Source: Parachlamydiales bacterium (GTDB lineage: Bacteria > Chlamydiota > Chlamydiia > Chlamydiales > JAFEGQ01). From it: DNA of 64,000 bases. The stretch is taken from NCBI GenBank assembly GCA_050250135.1, contig JBFWPF010000003.1, positions 3,142-67,141 on the forward strand, given 5' to 3'. Position 1 is the first letter of the stretch; each line of letters starts with the position of its first letter. Below are positions 18,180-27,187 of the stretch, piece by piece. The position numbers and the translations under genes are program-made. Under the pieces are notes generated by a model. The model searched no databases, was not told where the DNA came from, and was given only the letters and a program-made list of their open reading frames with translations.

Positions 18180-19222
18180 GGGACCATCTGGGAAAGGCGG
18201 TTAGCTAAAAGGCGGTCGGCAAGGACAAGGTTGCCCATCGCTTCGACAACGCGAGTTGCCCGGATAGCCACGCACGGGTCGTGGCGGGAGCCTGGCGGGA
18301 GGGTGAGCGTGGCGGGATTACCCTCACTGTCGATAGTCTTTTGGGGTTTAGCGATGGAGGAGGTGGGTTTGAACGCAACGCGGCAGATGACCGGCTCACC
18401 CGTGGCAATCCCGCCGAGAATCCCCTCTGGGAGGGGGTTGTGCTCGCTCCCCTTCATCCTGGCACTCGAAAATCCGGCTCCCACCTCTACCCCTCTGCTT
18501 GCTGGAAGGCTCATCATAGCATAAGCGAGGAGGGCTTCAAGTTTTTGGTAAACCGGGTCGCCAAGACCCGCTGTGTTCCCGAGGGCGACCATTTCAACCA
18601 CACCTCCCAAAGAATCCCCCTCCTTTCGGGCCTCCTCAAGCCGCAGGCGCATCTTCTGCTCGGCCTTAGGGTCGGGACAGAAAAGGGGGCTCGATAGGAT
18701 CTGGGAGCGTGTGGGGAGGAGAATCTCGCCCATCTCGATGCCACCACACTCGCGCAAGTAGGCGATCACCTCGATCCCGTGAGCAGCAAGCAGCTTTTTG
18801 GCCACCGCTCCAGCAGCAACGCGGCAGGCTGTCTCCCGCGCTGAGGCCCTCCCCCCTCCCCTGTGGTCCTGGAGCCCATATTTCTGCTGGTAGCTCTTGC
18901 CGGCATGCCCGGGCCTTATCAGGTGGCGGATCGGATCGTACGCGGAGGGCTTAGCATCCCGATTTTCGATCAGCAGAGAGATTGGAGCGCCGGTTGTCTC
19001 CCCTTCGAACAGGCCGGAGAGGATTTGGACACGGTCCGGTTCGCTTCGAGGAGAGGTGTAGGGGCTCTTCCCTGGCGCGCGAAGGGCAAGCTCAGCGTCG
19101 ATCTCCTCTGCGGTAAGGGGGAGGGCAGCGGGGCAGCCGTCGATCACAACGCCGATCGCCTTGCCGTGAGACTCCCCCCACGTGGTGATTTGGAAGTGGG
19201 TTCCAAAGGTGTTACTGGCCAC
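18170..19222 (-). CDS. aroC: Chorismate synthase
   Basis: SNTFGTHFQITTWGESHGKAIGVVIDGCPA is present. I place the start at GTG 19222-19220 (VASNTFG). The track ORF extends to 19315 but overlaps aroK. Confidence 0.9.
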   Translation of the reverse strand: MASNTFGTHFQITTWGESHGKAIGVVIDGCPAALPLTAEEIDAELALRAPGKSPYTSPRSEPDRVQILSGLFEGETTGAPISLLIENRDAKPSAYDPIRHLIRPGHAGKSYQQKYGLQDHRGGGRASARETACRVAAGAVAKKLLAAHGIEVIAYLRECGGIEMGEILLPTRSQILSSPLFCPDPKAEQKMRLRLEEARKEGDSLGGVVEMVALGNTAGLGDPVYQKLEALLAYAMMSLPASRGVEVGAGFSSARMKGSEHNPLPEGILGGIATGEPVICRVAFKPTSSIAKPQKTIDSEGNPATLTLPPGSRHDPCVAIRATRVVEAMGNLVLADRLLANRLSQMVPCS

Positions 19223-19682
19223 AGAATGCTCGGAGCGCCTCCCAATCTTCTGCGCAGCATGCCCCATCGGCCACCTCTTCGTAAAGGGGAATGCGCCGCT
19301 TAAGATAGGCCTCAAAATGGGCTCTGGAGGGGGCTGTGGTGGGAAGACCGCGGACTAGCCACCGCTGCCAGAGCGTTTCTGAGTCGAGTTGCAGGTGGAT
19401 CACCAGACGGGTGCTAGCCAGTTGATGACGGATGGCAACCGATTCCACAGCGCCCCCTCCGGTTGCAATTACCACCTTTGAGCGTGCAAGCTGAGGCAAT
19501 AAATGAGCCTCCTCCACCTTACGAAAGCCCTCCTCCCCAAGCTCTAAGGCCACTTCACGGGGAGGTCTCCGTAACAGAGCGTCGCTGTCTACAAATTCCC
19601 ATCCAAGCTCCTCGGCCAATTGTGCTCCTAGAGTCGTTTTCCCGACGCTATAGGGGCCAACCAGGATTATCCGATCTGGCAT
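19212..19682 (-). CDS. aroK: Shikimate kinase
   Basis: The P-loop is ILVGPYSVGKTTLG, followed by FVDSD. The size is 156 aa. Confidence 0.85.
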   Translation of the reverse strand: MPDRIILVGPYSVGKTTLGAQLAEELGWEFVDSDALLRRPPREVALELGEEGFRKVEEAHLLPQLARSKVVIATGGGAVESVAIRHQLASTRLVIHLQLDSETLWQRWLVRGLPTTAPSRAHFEAYLKRRIPLYEEVADGACCAEDWEALRAFCGQ

Positions 19683-20875
19683 CCAATCCCCCTCATATCC
19701 TCCCAGAAGGTCGGATAACTCTTTGCGACAACGGCCGGGTTTTCGATAACCGTCTCTCCCCTTGCGCCTAGAGCCGCTATGGCAAGGGAGAGGGCGATCC
19801 GGTGGTCATGGTAGGTGGAGACTCGCGCCCCCCTTAATGGGGACTCTTCGATGATCAGGCCGTCGGGAAGCTCGGTGACTTGCCCTCCCATCTTGGTGAG
19901 CTCTGTTGCAATCGCGCTGATCCGGTCGCTCTCCTTCTTCCGCGCAATGGCACCGCCGTAGAGGACCGTCCTTCCTGGCGCATAGCAGCCGAGCACGGCA
20001 AGGAGGGGGAGGGCATCGATAAAGGGGCCGACATCGATCTCACACCCCCCTTTGCGCAGGGTGGGGAGAAGGTCTAGGGCCCGCTTATCCCCTTGGACAT
20101 CGCCCGGATCGAGGCCATCGAGCTCGATCGGCGAGCCGGTCACAAAGGCCGCGGCGGCCGGGTAGAGGGCCGAGCTGTAGTCGCCCGGCACGGTAAAGGT
20201 GAAGGGGGCAAACTGACCTCCTTGGACTAAGAACGTCTGATAATCTGCGTGAGAAACGGGCCGGCCAACCCGCTTGAGCCAAGAGAGGGTCAGCCCGACC
20301 CAAGGGGTTTCTCCCGGATTTTCCACCCGGATAGTGCTCCCTCCCTCGAGAAGGCTGGTCGCGATGAGCAGGGCTGAGACGGGCTGCGAATCGGCCCCAT
20401 CGATCACCACCTCGCCCGGTTTTATGCGCCCTTGAACCAGGAGCCCTCCGCCGACGTTCTGAGCCGCAAAACCGCCCAGCTGCTTGATTCCCTGGATCAG
20501 AGGGGTAATGGGACGCAGCGTGCGGATCGACTCATCCCCTGTGATCAGGGTGGGCCCCTTGGCAAGGGCGGCCACGGCGCCGACAAAACGGAGGATCTGC
20601 CCTGAATTGGCCGCGTCGACGAGACCGAGGGGAGGGACCCTCCCCCCAATCCCTCTGATCGCGATGCTGCTCCCCTCTCGCTTCACCCCAGCGCCCATCT
20701 GACGAATGACCGTCACCATCGCTTCAACATCGGGAGAAGCAAGAAGATTATTTACTTTACTTTCTCCCATCGCCAGGGCGGCAAAGAGGAGGGCTCTCAT
20801 CGAGTGGGACTTGGAGGGGGGGATTGTGAGGCGGCCCCTTAGCTGAGCTCCCCCCCTTATGCTACAGGTATTCAT
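19667..20875 (-). CDS. aroA: 3-phosphoshikimate 1-carboxyvinyltransferase (EPSP synthase)
   Basis: LTIPPSKSHSMRALLFAALA and DHRIALSLAIAAL are present. Confidence 0.9.
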   Translation of the reverse strand: MNTCSIRGGAQLRGRLTIPPSKSHSMRALLFAALAMGESKVNNLLASPDVEAMVTVIRQMGAGVKREGSSIAIRGIGGRVPPLGLVDAANSGQILRFVGAVAALAKGPTLITGDESIRTLRPITPLIQGIKQLGGFAAQNVGGGLLVQGRIKPGEVVIDGADSQPVSALLIATSLLEGGSTIRVENPGETPWVGLTLSWLKRVGRPVSHADYQTFLVQGGQFAPFTFTVPGDYSSALYPAAAAFVTGSPIELDGLDPGDVQGDKRALDLLPTLRKGGCEIDVGPFIDALPLLAVLGCYAPGRTVLYGGAIARKKESDRISAIATELTKMGGQVTELPDGLIIEESPLRGARVSTYHDHRIALSLAIAALGARGETVIENPAVVAKSYPTFWEDMRGIGCQIG

Positions 20876-22211
20876 AAGCCTCCTGTGCCGAAATGCCGAA
20901 CCACGTTTCCATTTGGTGGGCCGCCTGGTGGCGCCACATCGCCTCGCCCGTAACCGTTTGACAACCCCGGGCTTTTGCCCCTTTCAGAAAGGCGGTCTCT
21001 ACCGGGCGGGTGATGATCTCCAGGACCCGCGCCCCTGCGGGAAGGCGGCTGGGGTCGATGGGAGAGGCGTCGACCTGGGGCTCCATACCAACAGAGGTGG
21101 CCTGAACCACAATCTCCTCGGTAAGGGGCTCCTCCAGCCTTCCCCACCGGACGCCGGTCTCCTCAGCCAGATGGCGGGCCCGCTCCGGAGTCCGGTTGAT
21201 CACCCTAACCTGCGCCCCCCTCCTCTTCGCTTCAACCGCGATTGCCCTCCCTGCCCCCCCTGCACCGATGATGAGGACCTGCTTCCCTTTGATATCTCCT
21301 AGAGCGTTGCAGGCGCCGATCCCATCAAAGTTAGAGCCCACGTAATGCCCATTGCGCAGAACGAGAGTGTTTACTGCCCCCTCCTCCGTCTCAACCAGAG
21401 GGCAGATCGCCTCCTTTAGGGGCATGGTGACGCTGAGCCCCCGAATGCCGAGCGTAGCGGCTAGAGAGAGAAAGCGGGGGAGCTCCTCGCTGGCGCACGG
21501 AAAGGGGAGGTAGACGGCGTCGAGGCCAAGTTTGGCGTAGGCCTGGTTATGCTTGGCTATCCCGGGGCTGCTCACTGGCCGCCCTCCGAGAAGGCCGAGG
21601 ATTTGGGTCTTTTCAGAGAGGGAGCGGAAATGGTAGCGTTCGAGCAGCACTTCAGCCGTCAGCTGACCCGGAGCGCTGCTGTTTGCCTCGTCCAAAGCGG
21701 CGTACGTCCAAGGAGCGCCAAAGGCACCGGCAAGGACGCGGGTTGCGATCCCCGCTGGCCCCATCCCCATCCCGATCACCCCTGGGCGGCGCTTGCACAG
21801 CTCCAAGACCCGAAGGGCGTCGGCCGCCGAATGGGCCGTCGTCGCTACTTTGTAGTAATCGGCCCCTCTCTTTTTTAGAGTCGCGAGGAGCCCCTCAAGG
21901 TCAGCGGGAGTCCCGATATAGTCGTGGTAGGAGGCGATCGTCTGCACCCCGGCGGGCACGGGAGGGAGCTTCTCGACATCGAGATCGGCAAAGGCGGGCC
22001 GCAGCTCCAGGATAGCGGGATCAAACTCCCCTTTTAGGGTGAAAATCGTCGGCTTCTCGCCCATCAGCGCCTCTATCTGCTCCGGCCTCTCCCACTCGAT
22101 CAGGTCGAGCCGAAGTTCAATCAGGTCGGCGAAGGTTGCCCGCGCGATCGCCCTCCTCGCCTCCTCAAGGGTGGGCCCAATAATGGGAATACAAAGCTTG
22201 GCAGGCAACAT
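20862..22211 (-). CDS. aroDE: Bifunctional type I 3-dehydroquinate dehydratase / shikimate dehydrogenase
   Basis: The N-terminal half is AroD-like (CIPIIGPT..IELRLDLI). The C-terminal half is AroE-like, with GLLGGRPVSSPGIAKHNQAY and the Rossmann motif VLIIGAGGAGRAIA. Confidence 0.85.
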   Translation of the reverse strand: MLPAKLCIPIIGPTLEEARRAIARATFADLIELRLDLIEWERPEQIEALMGEKPTIFTLKGEFDPAILELRPAFADLDVEKLPPVPAGVQTIASYHDYIGTPADLEGLLATLKKRGADYYKVATTAHSAADALRVLELCKRRPGVIGMGMGPAGIATRVLAGAFGAPWTYAALDEANSSAPGQLTAEVLLERYHFRSLSEKTQILGLLGGRPVSSPGIAKHNQAYAKLGLDAVYLPFPCASEELPRFLSLAATLGIRGLSVTMPLKEAICPLVETEEGAVNTLVLRNGHYVGSNFDGIGACNALGDIKGKQVLIIGAGGAGRAIAVEAKRRGAQVRVINRTPERARHLAEETGVRWGRLEEPLTEEIVVQATSVGMEPQVDASPIDPSRLPAGARVLEIITRPVETAFLKGAKARGCQTVTGEAMWRHQAAHQMETWFGISAQEAYEYL

Positions 22212-22249
22212 GGCGGCATGGTATCATGGTGGGAAATTTAGAGACTTTT

Positions 22250-23770
22250 ATGCGCCGCGCTCTCTTCCTCTCCCTCCTCCTTTTAGTGAGCTGCCAGCCC
22301 GCCTCTAAACCGGTTCAGAGTACCCTCAGGATGGCCATCACCGAGGATATCGAGAGCTTTGATCCGCAGCGGGCCCGCTCCATTGCCTCGCAAACGGTTT
22401 GCAAGATGCTCTACGACGGGCTGATGCGGATCGATGAGGAGGGGAGACCGATCCCCTCTCTCGCTCAGGTGATCTCGATCTCGGCCGACAAGCGGACCTA
22501 CACGATTACGCTCCAAGAGAGCCTCTGGACCGATGGGGAACCGGTGACCGCTTACGACTTTGAAGCCGCCTGGAGGGAGGCTCTCGACCCCGAAACGGGC
22601 TCCGAAAATGCCGCTGTCTTCTATCCTATTCTGAATGCCCGCGCTGCTCACGCCGGTGAGCTCTCGCTCAAGCAAGTCGGGGTGAGGGCGATCCATGCTC
22701 AGCAGCTGGTCGTGCAGCTCGGGGCGCCAACCCCCTACTTTCTCGAGCTTCTCGCCCACCCCGCCTACTCCCCCAAGGCCCCCGACGGAAAGGGGACCAA
22801 CGGCCCCTTTCGACTCGCCTCTCACCGCCTTCAGGAGGCCATTGTCCTCGAGAAAAACCCCACCTACTGGGATGCCGACGCGGTCCAGCTCGATGGGATC
22901 ACCCTAAAGGTGGTCCCCGACTACACCACCGCCCTCTACCTTTTTGAGAAGGGGGAGCTCGACTGGATCGGCAGCCCCACCGGCAACCTCCCCCAAGAGT
23001 ATGCCGAGCGGGCGCAGCTCTACACCGCCCCTGTTGCGGCAACCCTCTGGTACAAGTTCAATACGACTAGGCCCCCCCTTGATAACGCTAAGCTGCGCAA
23101 AGCGCTCTCTCTAGCGGTCGATCGGCAGGCCCTGGTCCAGCACGTGCTAAAGGGGGGACAGGAGGCCACCGCCTCTCCCCTTCCCCCAGCGTTGCAAGGC
23201 GAGCGGAGGCTGCCGGCGGTCGATATCGCAAGGGCCAAGGAGCTTCTTAAGGAGGCTCTGGAGGAGATGGGGATCGACGAGCTCCCCCCCATTACCCTTA
23301 CCTATGCTAACGGGGAGCTAACCACAAAGCTGACTCAGGCACTCCAGGAACAATGGCGGCAGGTTCTCGGTCTGAAGGTCTCCCTTGAGTCGACCGAATT
23401 CAAGACCCTTCTCTCCCGAATGGGGAAAATGGACTACCAGATGGGAGGGGCAAAAGCCTGGTTTGCCGACTTCCAGGACCCGACCGGCTTCCTCTCCCTT
23501 TTCACCCACGCCGAAGAGCCGGGCGAGGGGGGGCTGAATGAAACGGGCTGGGAGGATCCCGCCTACGCCCGCCTTATTGAGCGGGCCGAGGTCGAGGTCG
23601 ACCCCGCCAAGCGGGCCGCTCTCCTCAGCGAAGCTGAGGCCCTCTTTATGGAGGCGATGCCTGTTCTGCCGATCTGCGACTACCGCTACCGCTACCAGAA
23701 GCGGGACTTTGCCGGCGAGCGGATCCCTCCCGCCGGAACCCCCGACTTTAAATGGGTAAGGAGGGAGTGA
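22250..23770 (+). CDS. oppA: ABC transporter substrate-binding lipoprotein, family 5 (oligopeptide/dipeptide/nickel type), orphan copy
   Basis: The lipoprotein signal MRRALFLSLLLLVSC starts at ATG 22250. SBP_bac_5-type blocks are present (WTDGEPVTAYDF, NPTYWD). Confidence 0.8.
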   Translation: MRRALFLSLLLLVSCQPASKPVQSTLRMAITEDIESFDPQRARSIASQTVCKMLYDGLMRIDEEGRPIPSLAQVISISADKRTYTITLQESLWTDGEPVTAYDFEAAWREALDPETGSENAAVFYPILNARAAHAGELSLKQVGVRAIHAQQLVVQLGAPTPYFLELLAHPAYSPKAPDGKGTNGPFRLASHRLQEAIVLEKNPTYWDADAVQLDGITLKVVPDYTTALYLFEKGELDWIGSPTGNLPQEYAERAQLYTAPVAATLWYKFNTTRPPLDNAKLRKALSLAVDRQALVQHVLKGGQEATASPLPPALQGERRLPAVDIARAKELLKEALEEMGIDELPPITLTYANGELTTKLTQALQEQWRQVLGLKVSLESTEFKTLLSRMGKMDYQMGGAKAWFADFQDPTGFLSLFTHAEEPGEGGLNETGWEDPAYARLIERAEVEVDPAKRAALLSEAEALFMEAMPVLPICDYRYRYQKRDFAGERIPPAGTPDFKWVRRE

Positions 23771-23791
23771 GGTTTGTACCCAATACGTGGG

Positions 23792-24105
23792 CAGGACATC
23801 TGCAAAGTCTGGCTGACCATTCAGATAGGATTTTACCACAGAGAACACAGAGAGGCACAGAGGGGGTGTAGGAGGCAAAACGCATGTCTCCCGGGGATGG
23901 CCCGCCCTACGTTAATGCTACAATAGATAGGCGATCGGAACGCTGGGATTGCTCCCCAGGGGCCTCCCCCTGGGGAGCAGCTGTGTGGGCTTATTCCGAA
24001 GGAATAAGATCACCTCTGTGCTTCTCTGTGTCCTCTGTGGTAAAATTTCCTAATCAACTTGGGGGCAGGGAATGAACAGCTGGCACAGACTTTGCAGATG
24101 TCCTG
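23792..24105 (+). repeat. Family-B composite palindromic element, copy B1 (314 bp)
   Basis: Outer TIR: CAGGACATCTGCAAAGTCT / AGACTTTGCAGATGTCCTG. Inner IR: TTTTACCACAGAG..CACAGAG. Internal hairpins: GCTCCCCAGGGG-cctc-CCCCTGGGGAGC and CTTATTCC-gaa-GGAATAAG. Confidence 0.9.
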
Positions 24106-24155
24106 GGCGGCAGGGGGTGCTCAGATGGCGCATCGCGATGAGGCCTGGTTTTTAA

Positions 24156-24312
24156 CCCCTGATTGCGACCTATCGTCCTGAGGGCATCGACAGTAGGCGG
24201 TCATCTGGAGCACATCCCTCCTCACCCGGGTTTACAAACCCGGCCTCGTCACGATGTGCGCCATCTGATCACCTCCTGCCGCCCCCTCAGGACGATAGGT
24301 CGCAATCAGGGG
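24156..24312 (-). repeat. Family-A element, copy A2 (157 bp, inverted relative to A1/A4)
   Basis: It has the same termini as A1, and its interior is the reverse complement of A4 with substitutions. It ends 1 nt from the MFS stop codon. Confidence 0.9.
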
Positions 24313-24313
24313 T

Positions 24314-25555
24314 TTAAGCGGTAACACCCGCCTTGCTAGGGCGGAGAAGGGTATAGACCATTAACGCGATCAGTAGCGTGGCGGGACAGAGGGCGAGGAC
24401 CGCTTGGTAGGCGCCAGGTGAAGGGCTCGCCCCCTCCGTTGGGAAAAAGAGGTCGAGCAGGATCCCAATCAGCGGCTGAACAAGGGCTCCTCCAACGAAG
24501 ACCATCGTATTGGTAAAGGCAATCGCCGTCCCCTTTGCCGCAGCCACATTTATCCGGGTAACGTAAGAGTAGGCGAGAAGCTGCGCCGAGCAGAATAGTC
24601 CCAAGCAAAAGAGAAGGAGAGAGGCCCATCTGATCCCGATCTGGGGCAGGTAGAGGATCGGCATGAGAGCCAGGAGTGCAAGGCTTGTTGAGGCGATCAA
24701 TAGCCCTTTTCTGGCCTGAAAGCGGTCGGCAAGGAGGCCGATGATAGGCCCCCCTACAATAAAGCCGATGTAGATAAGGGAGGTGGTAAAGGCCGCGCCG
24801 TTTTGCGAGACGCCATAAACCGCCCGGATAAACGGGACACCCCAGAGGGCGGCAAAGCAGACTATCGGGATATAAAAGAAGAGGGTCCCAACGGCAATTA
24901 CCCAGCTCTGCCCATTCTGCAGCACCCCCTTCGCCTGGTACCAGAGCCGGCCGAATGTGGGGGGCAAGCTAGCCTTGGTGACATTGGGCGGATCCTTACG
25001 AGCCGTGAAGTAGAGGAGGGTGGCGAGGGCAAAACCAAAGAGCCCCAACACAAGCATACTTGGCCGCCACCCAAAATGGGTGATAGCAAAACTGAGGGGC
25101 CCCTGGCCGGTCACCGCCCCGAGCATCCCGAGGGAATTGCTCAGCCCGATCAGCAGGGCAAGCCGCCCCGCCGGAAACCACTGGGTGACCACGTAGACGA
25201 GGCCGACCCAGGCAAAGGCCGAACCGGCCCCCATCAGGAATCGGCCGCCCCCGGCTAAGGCGAGGTAGGGGGCGATGCTAAAGAGGAGGGCCCCGAGGCC
25301 GCAGAGGGCGCTGGCGATCGAGAGGAGGCTGCGGGCCCCATAGCGGTCCATCATCACGCCGATGGGGAACTGGAGGGGGGCATAGGCGTAGAGGTAGAAG
25401 GCACTCACCGAGCCGACCACACCGGCCGAGACCTGAAAGGAGCCCTCCAGTTCGGGAACCATCACACTCGGTGAGACCCGCAAAACGAGCTCGTAGTAGC
25501 TAAAGAGGAGGGCAAGGCCCCACACAACCCAGCGAAACAGGCGATATTGACCCAT
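24314..25555 (-). CDS. MFS transporter (12-TM type)
   Basis: About 12 hydrophobic segments are present, with an MFS loop motif MMDRYGARS. Confidence 0.85.
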   Translation of the reverse strand: MGQYRLFRWVVWGLALLFSYYELVLRVSPSVMVPELEGSFQVSAGVVGSVSAFYLYAYAPLQFPIGVMMDRYGARSLLSIASALCGLGALLFSIAPYLALAGGGRFLMGAGSAFAWVGLVYVVTQWFPAGRLALLIGLSNSLGMLGAVTGQGPLSFAITHFGWRPSMLVLGLFGFALATLLYFTARKDPPNVTKASLPPTFGRLWYQAKGVLQNGQSWVIAVGTLFFYIPIVCFAALWGVPFIRAVYGVSQNGAAFTTSLIYIGFIVGGPIIGLLADRFQARKGLLIASTSLALLALMPILYLPQIGIRWASLLLFCLGLFCSAQLLAYSYVTRINVAAAKGTAIAFTNTMVFVGGALVQPLIGILLDLFFPTEGASPSPGAYQAVLALCPATLLIALMVYTLLRPSKAGVTA

Positions 25556-25564
25556 CTCCCTGTT

Positions 25565-27187
25565 CTACCCCGGATTAGGCCCTTGCGTCCAGAGGGGCCG
25601 GCGCATCCTATGGTAGACAAGGAGGGCGATCATGGTGAGGAGGAGGCCGAGGAAAACCCAGCCAAAAATCCAAATGGCGTCGAGGAGGGAGGCGAGCTTG
25701 GATTGGTTGAGGATATCGGCGATGATCAGCTGGGTCGACTGCTCCCCTCCCCTAACCGGCCCCGAAGCGGTCGAGAGATGGGTATCGAGCGTCCGATAAA
25801 ATTGCTCATAGCGGGGGGAGTAGACGTTGACCATCTCCCCAAAGCGCGCGTTGTGGTAGGCCTCTCGGGTGATCTGAATCGTCTGGATAATCCCGCTCCC
25901 GAAGGCCCCTCCCATCTGCCGGATAAAGGTCACAATAGCGGCGCCCCGGGGAGCGATGTCGTGGGGAAGGTCGGAGAGGGCGAAGGTGGTGATGGGGCCG
26001 AGGGTGAGACTGACCCCTACAGCACGCATGGAGATGACCACAAAGAGCTGCCCCATGGTGCTCTGCACGGTGTAGCTGTGATCGATAAAGCAACTCAAGG
26101 TGATCAGGGCGATCCCAACTAGGGCAAAGGCGACGGGGGGTACTCGGTGGACGAGAAGGCTGGGGAGAATGCCCCCTAAACAGTAGATCAGGCCGATGGA
26201 GCTGAGGAACCAACCGACGGTCCACTTCTCGTAGCGGTAGATCGTCTCAAGCATCCCGATCGAGGTTAGGGTAACGCCAAAGATCATGACACCAACGATC
26301 GCCATACCAAGGCAGCTGATGATAAAGACCGGGTCCTTGAGGAGGCGGTGGTCGAGGAGGGGGTATTTGCGGGTCCAGGTGGCGTAGACGAGAAGGGAGA
26401 GGGCAAGGAGGCTGACGATCCAGCAGCTGATCGTAAAGCCGGAGCGCCAGCCGAGGGTGTTCCAGGGCTCCTTGACCTGAGTGACAATGAGAAAGAGGGC
26501 AAAAGCGGCGGTGTAGAGGCTAAAAAGGCTGAGGTAGTCGTAGGGGGGGCGCTTTTCGGTGGGGAGTTCAGGGCAAAAGAGCAGCAACAGCAGGAGGACG
26601 GGAGGGGCCAAGATAATGTCGGGAAGGCTCATCAGCTGCCAGGTTCCGATCTGGCCGATGTAGCCGCTGTAGAGGAGGCCGAGAGCAATACCCAAGCCAA
26701 AGGTGATACTAGAGGAGAGGGAGATGACGATCGCTCTATACCGATCGGAGAGGAGGCGGCTGAGGATCGCAAGGCCTACGCTAATGACCACACCCCCGCC
26801 CAGCCCTCCGATGAGGCGGCAGAAGAACATGATAGAGTAGTGGGAGGTAAAAGGGGTGAGGATAGCGCCCGACATAAAGAGGAGGATGCCGCAAAAGAGG
26901 ACCCGCTTAAAACCGTAATTCCAGCTGATCCGGACGGCAAAGAGGGGGGAGAGGCCGACGGTGAAAAGGAAGATCCGGCCAAGCCAAAGGCCATGGGTGG
27001 GAGAGACGGCGAGGGCCCCCTCCACTTCGCTTAGAAGCAGGATGATCGACATCAGGCTGATCACAACGGAGGTGCCGGCAAACGTGACGGTGACGGCAAG
27101 CCACCACAAGGCAGCGGCGGGAAAACGGCGGCAGCAGAGGGGCTGATGCCAATTCAGGAGCTGAGCGAAGGGCCATCGAGAGGGCAT
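25565..27187 (-). CDS. MFS DHA2-type (EmrB/QacA-like, 14-TM) efflux permease
   Basis: The protein has about 14 TM segments and is operonic with HlyD and TolC genes. I prefer the start at ATG 27187 (MPSRWPF). The track ORF extends to 27256. Confidence 0.8.
   Translation of the reverse strand: MPSRWPFAQLLNWHQPLCCRRFPAAALWWLAVTVTFAGTSVVISLMSIILLLSEVEGALAVSPTHGLWLGRIFLFTVGLSPLFAVRISWNYGFKRVLFCGILLFMSGAILTPFTSHYSIMFFCRLIGGLGGGVVISVGLAILSRLLSDRYRAIVISLSSSITFGLGIALGLLYSGYIGQIGTWQLMSLPDIILAPPVLLLLLLFCPELPTEKRPPYDYLSLFSLYTAAFALFLIVTQVKEPWNTLGWRSGFTISCWIVSLLALSLLVYATWTRKYPLLDHRLLKDPVFIISCLGMAIVGVMIFGVTLTSIGMLETIYRYEKWTVGWFLSSIGLIYCLGGILPSLLVHRVPPVAFALVGIALITLSCFIDHSYTVQSTMGQLFVVISMRAVGVSLTLGPITTFALSDLPHDIAPRGAAIVTFIRQMGGAFGSGIIQTIQITREAYHNARFGEMVNVYSPRYEQFYRTLDTHLSTASGPVRGGEQSTQLIIADILNQSKLASLLDAIWIFGWVFLGLLLTMIALLVYHRMRRPLWTQGPNPG

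Noticed and set aside
23792-24312. Possible CRISPR array suggested by the recurring repeats
   Set aside because: The repeats are 150-380 bp long, internally palindromic and dispersed over 50 kb in both orientations. They lack regular short spacers, and no cas genes are present.
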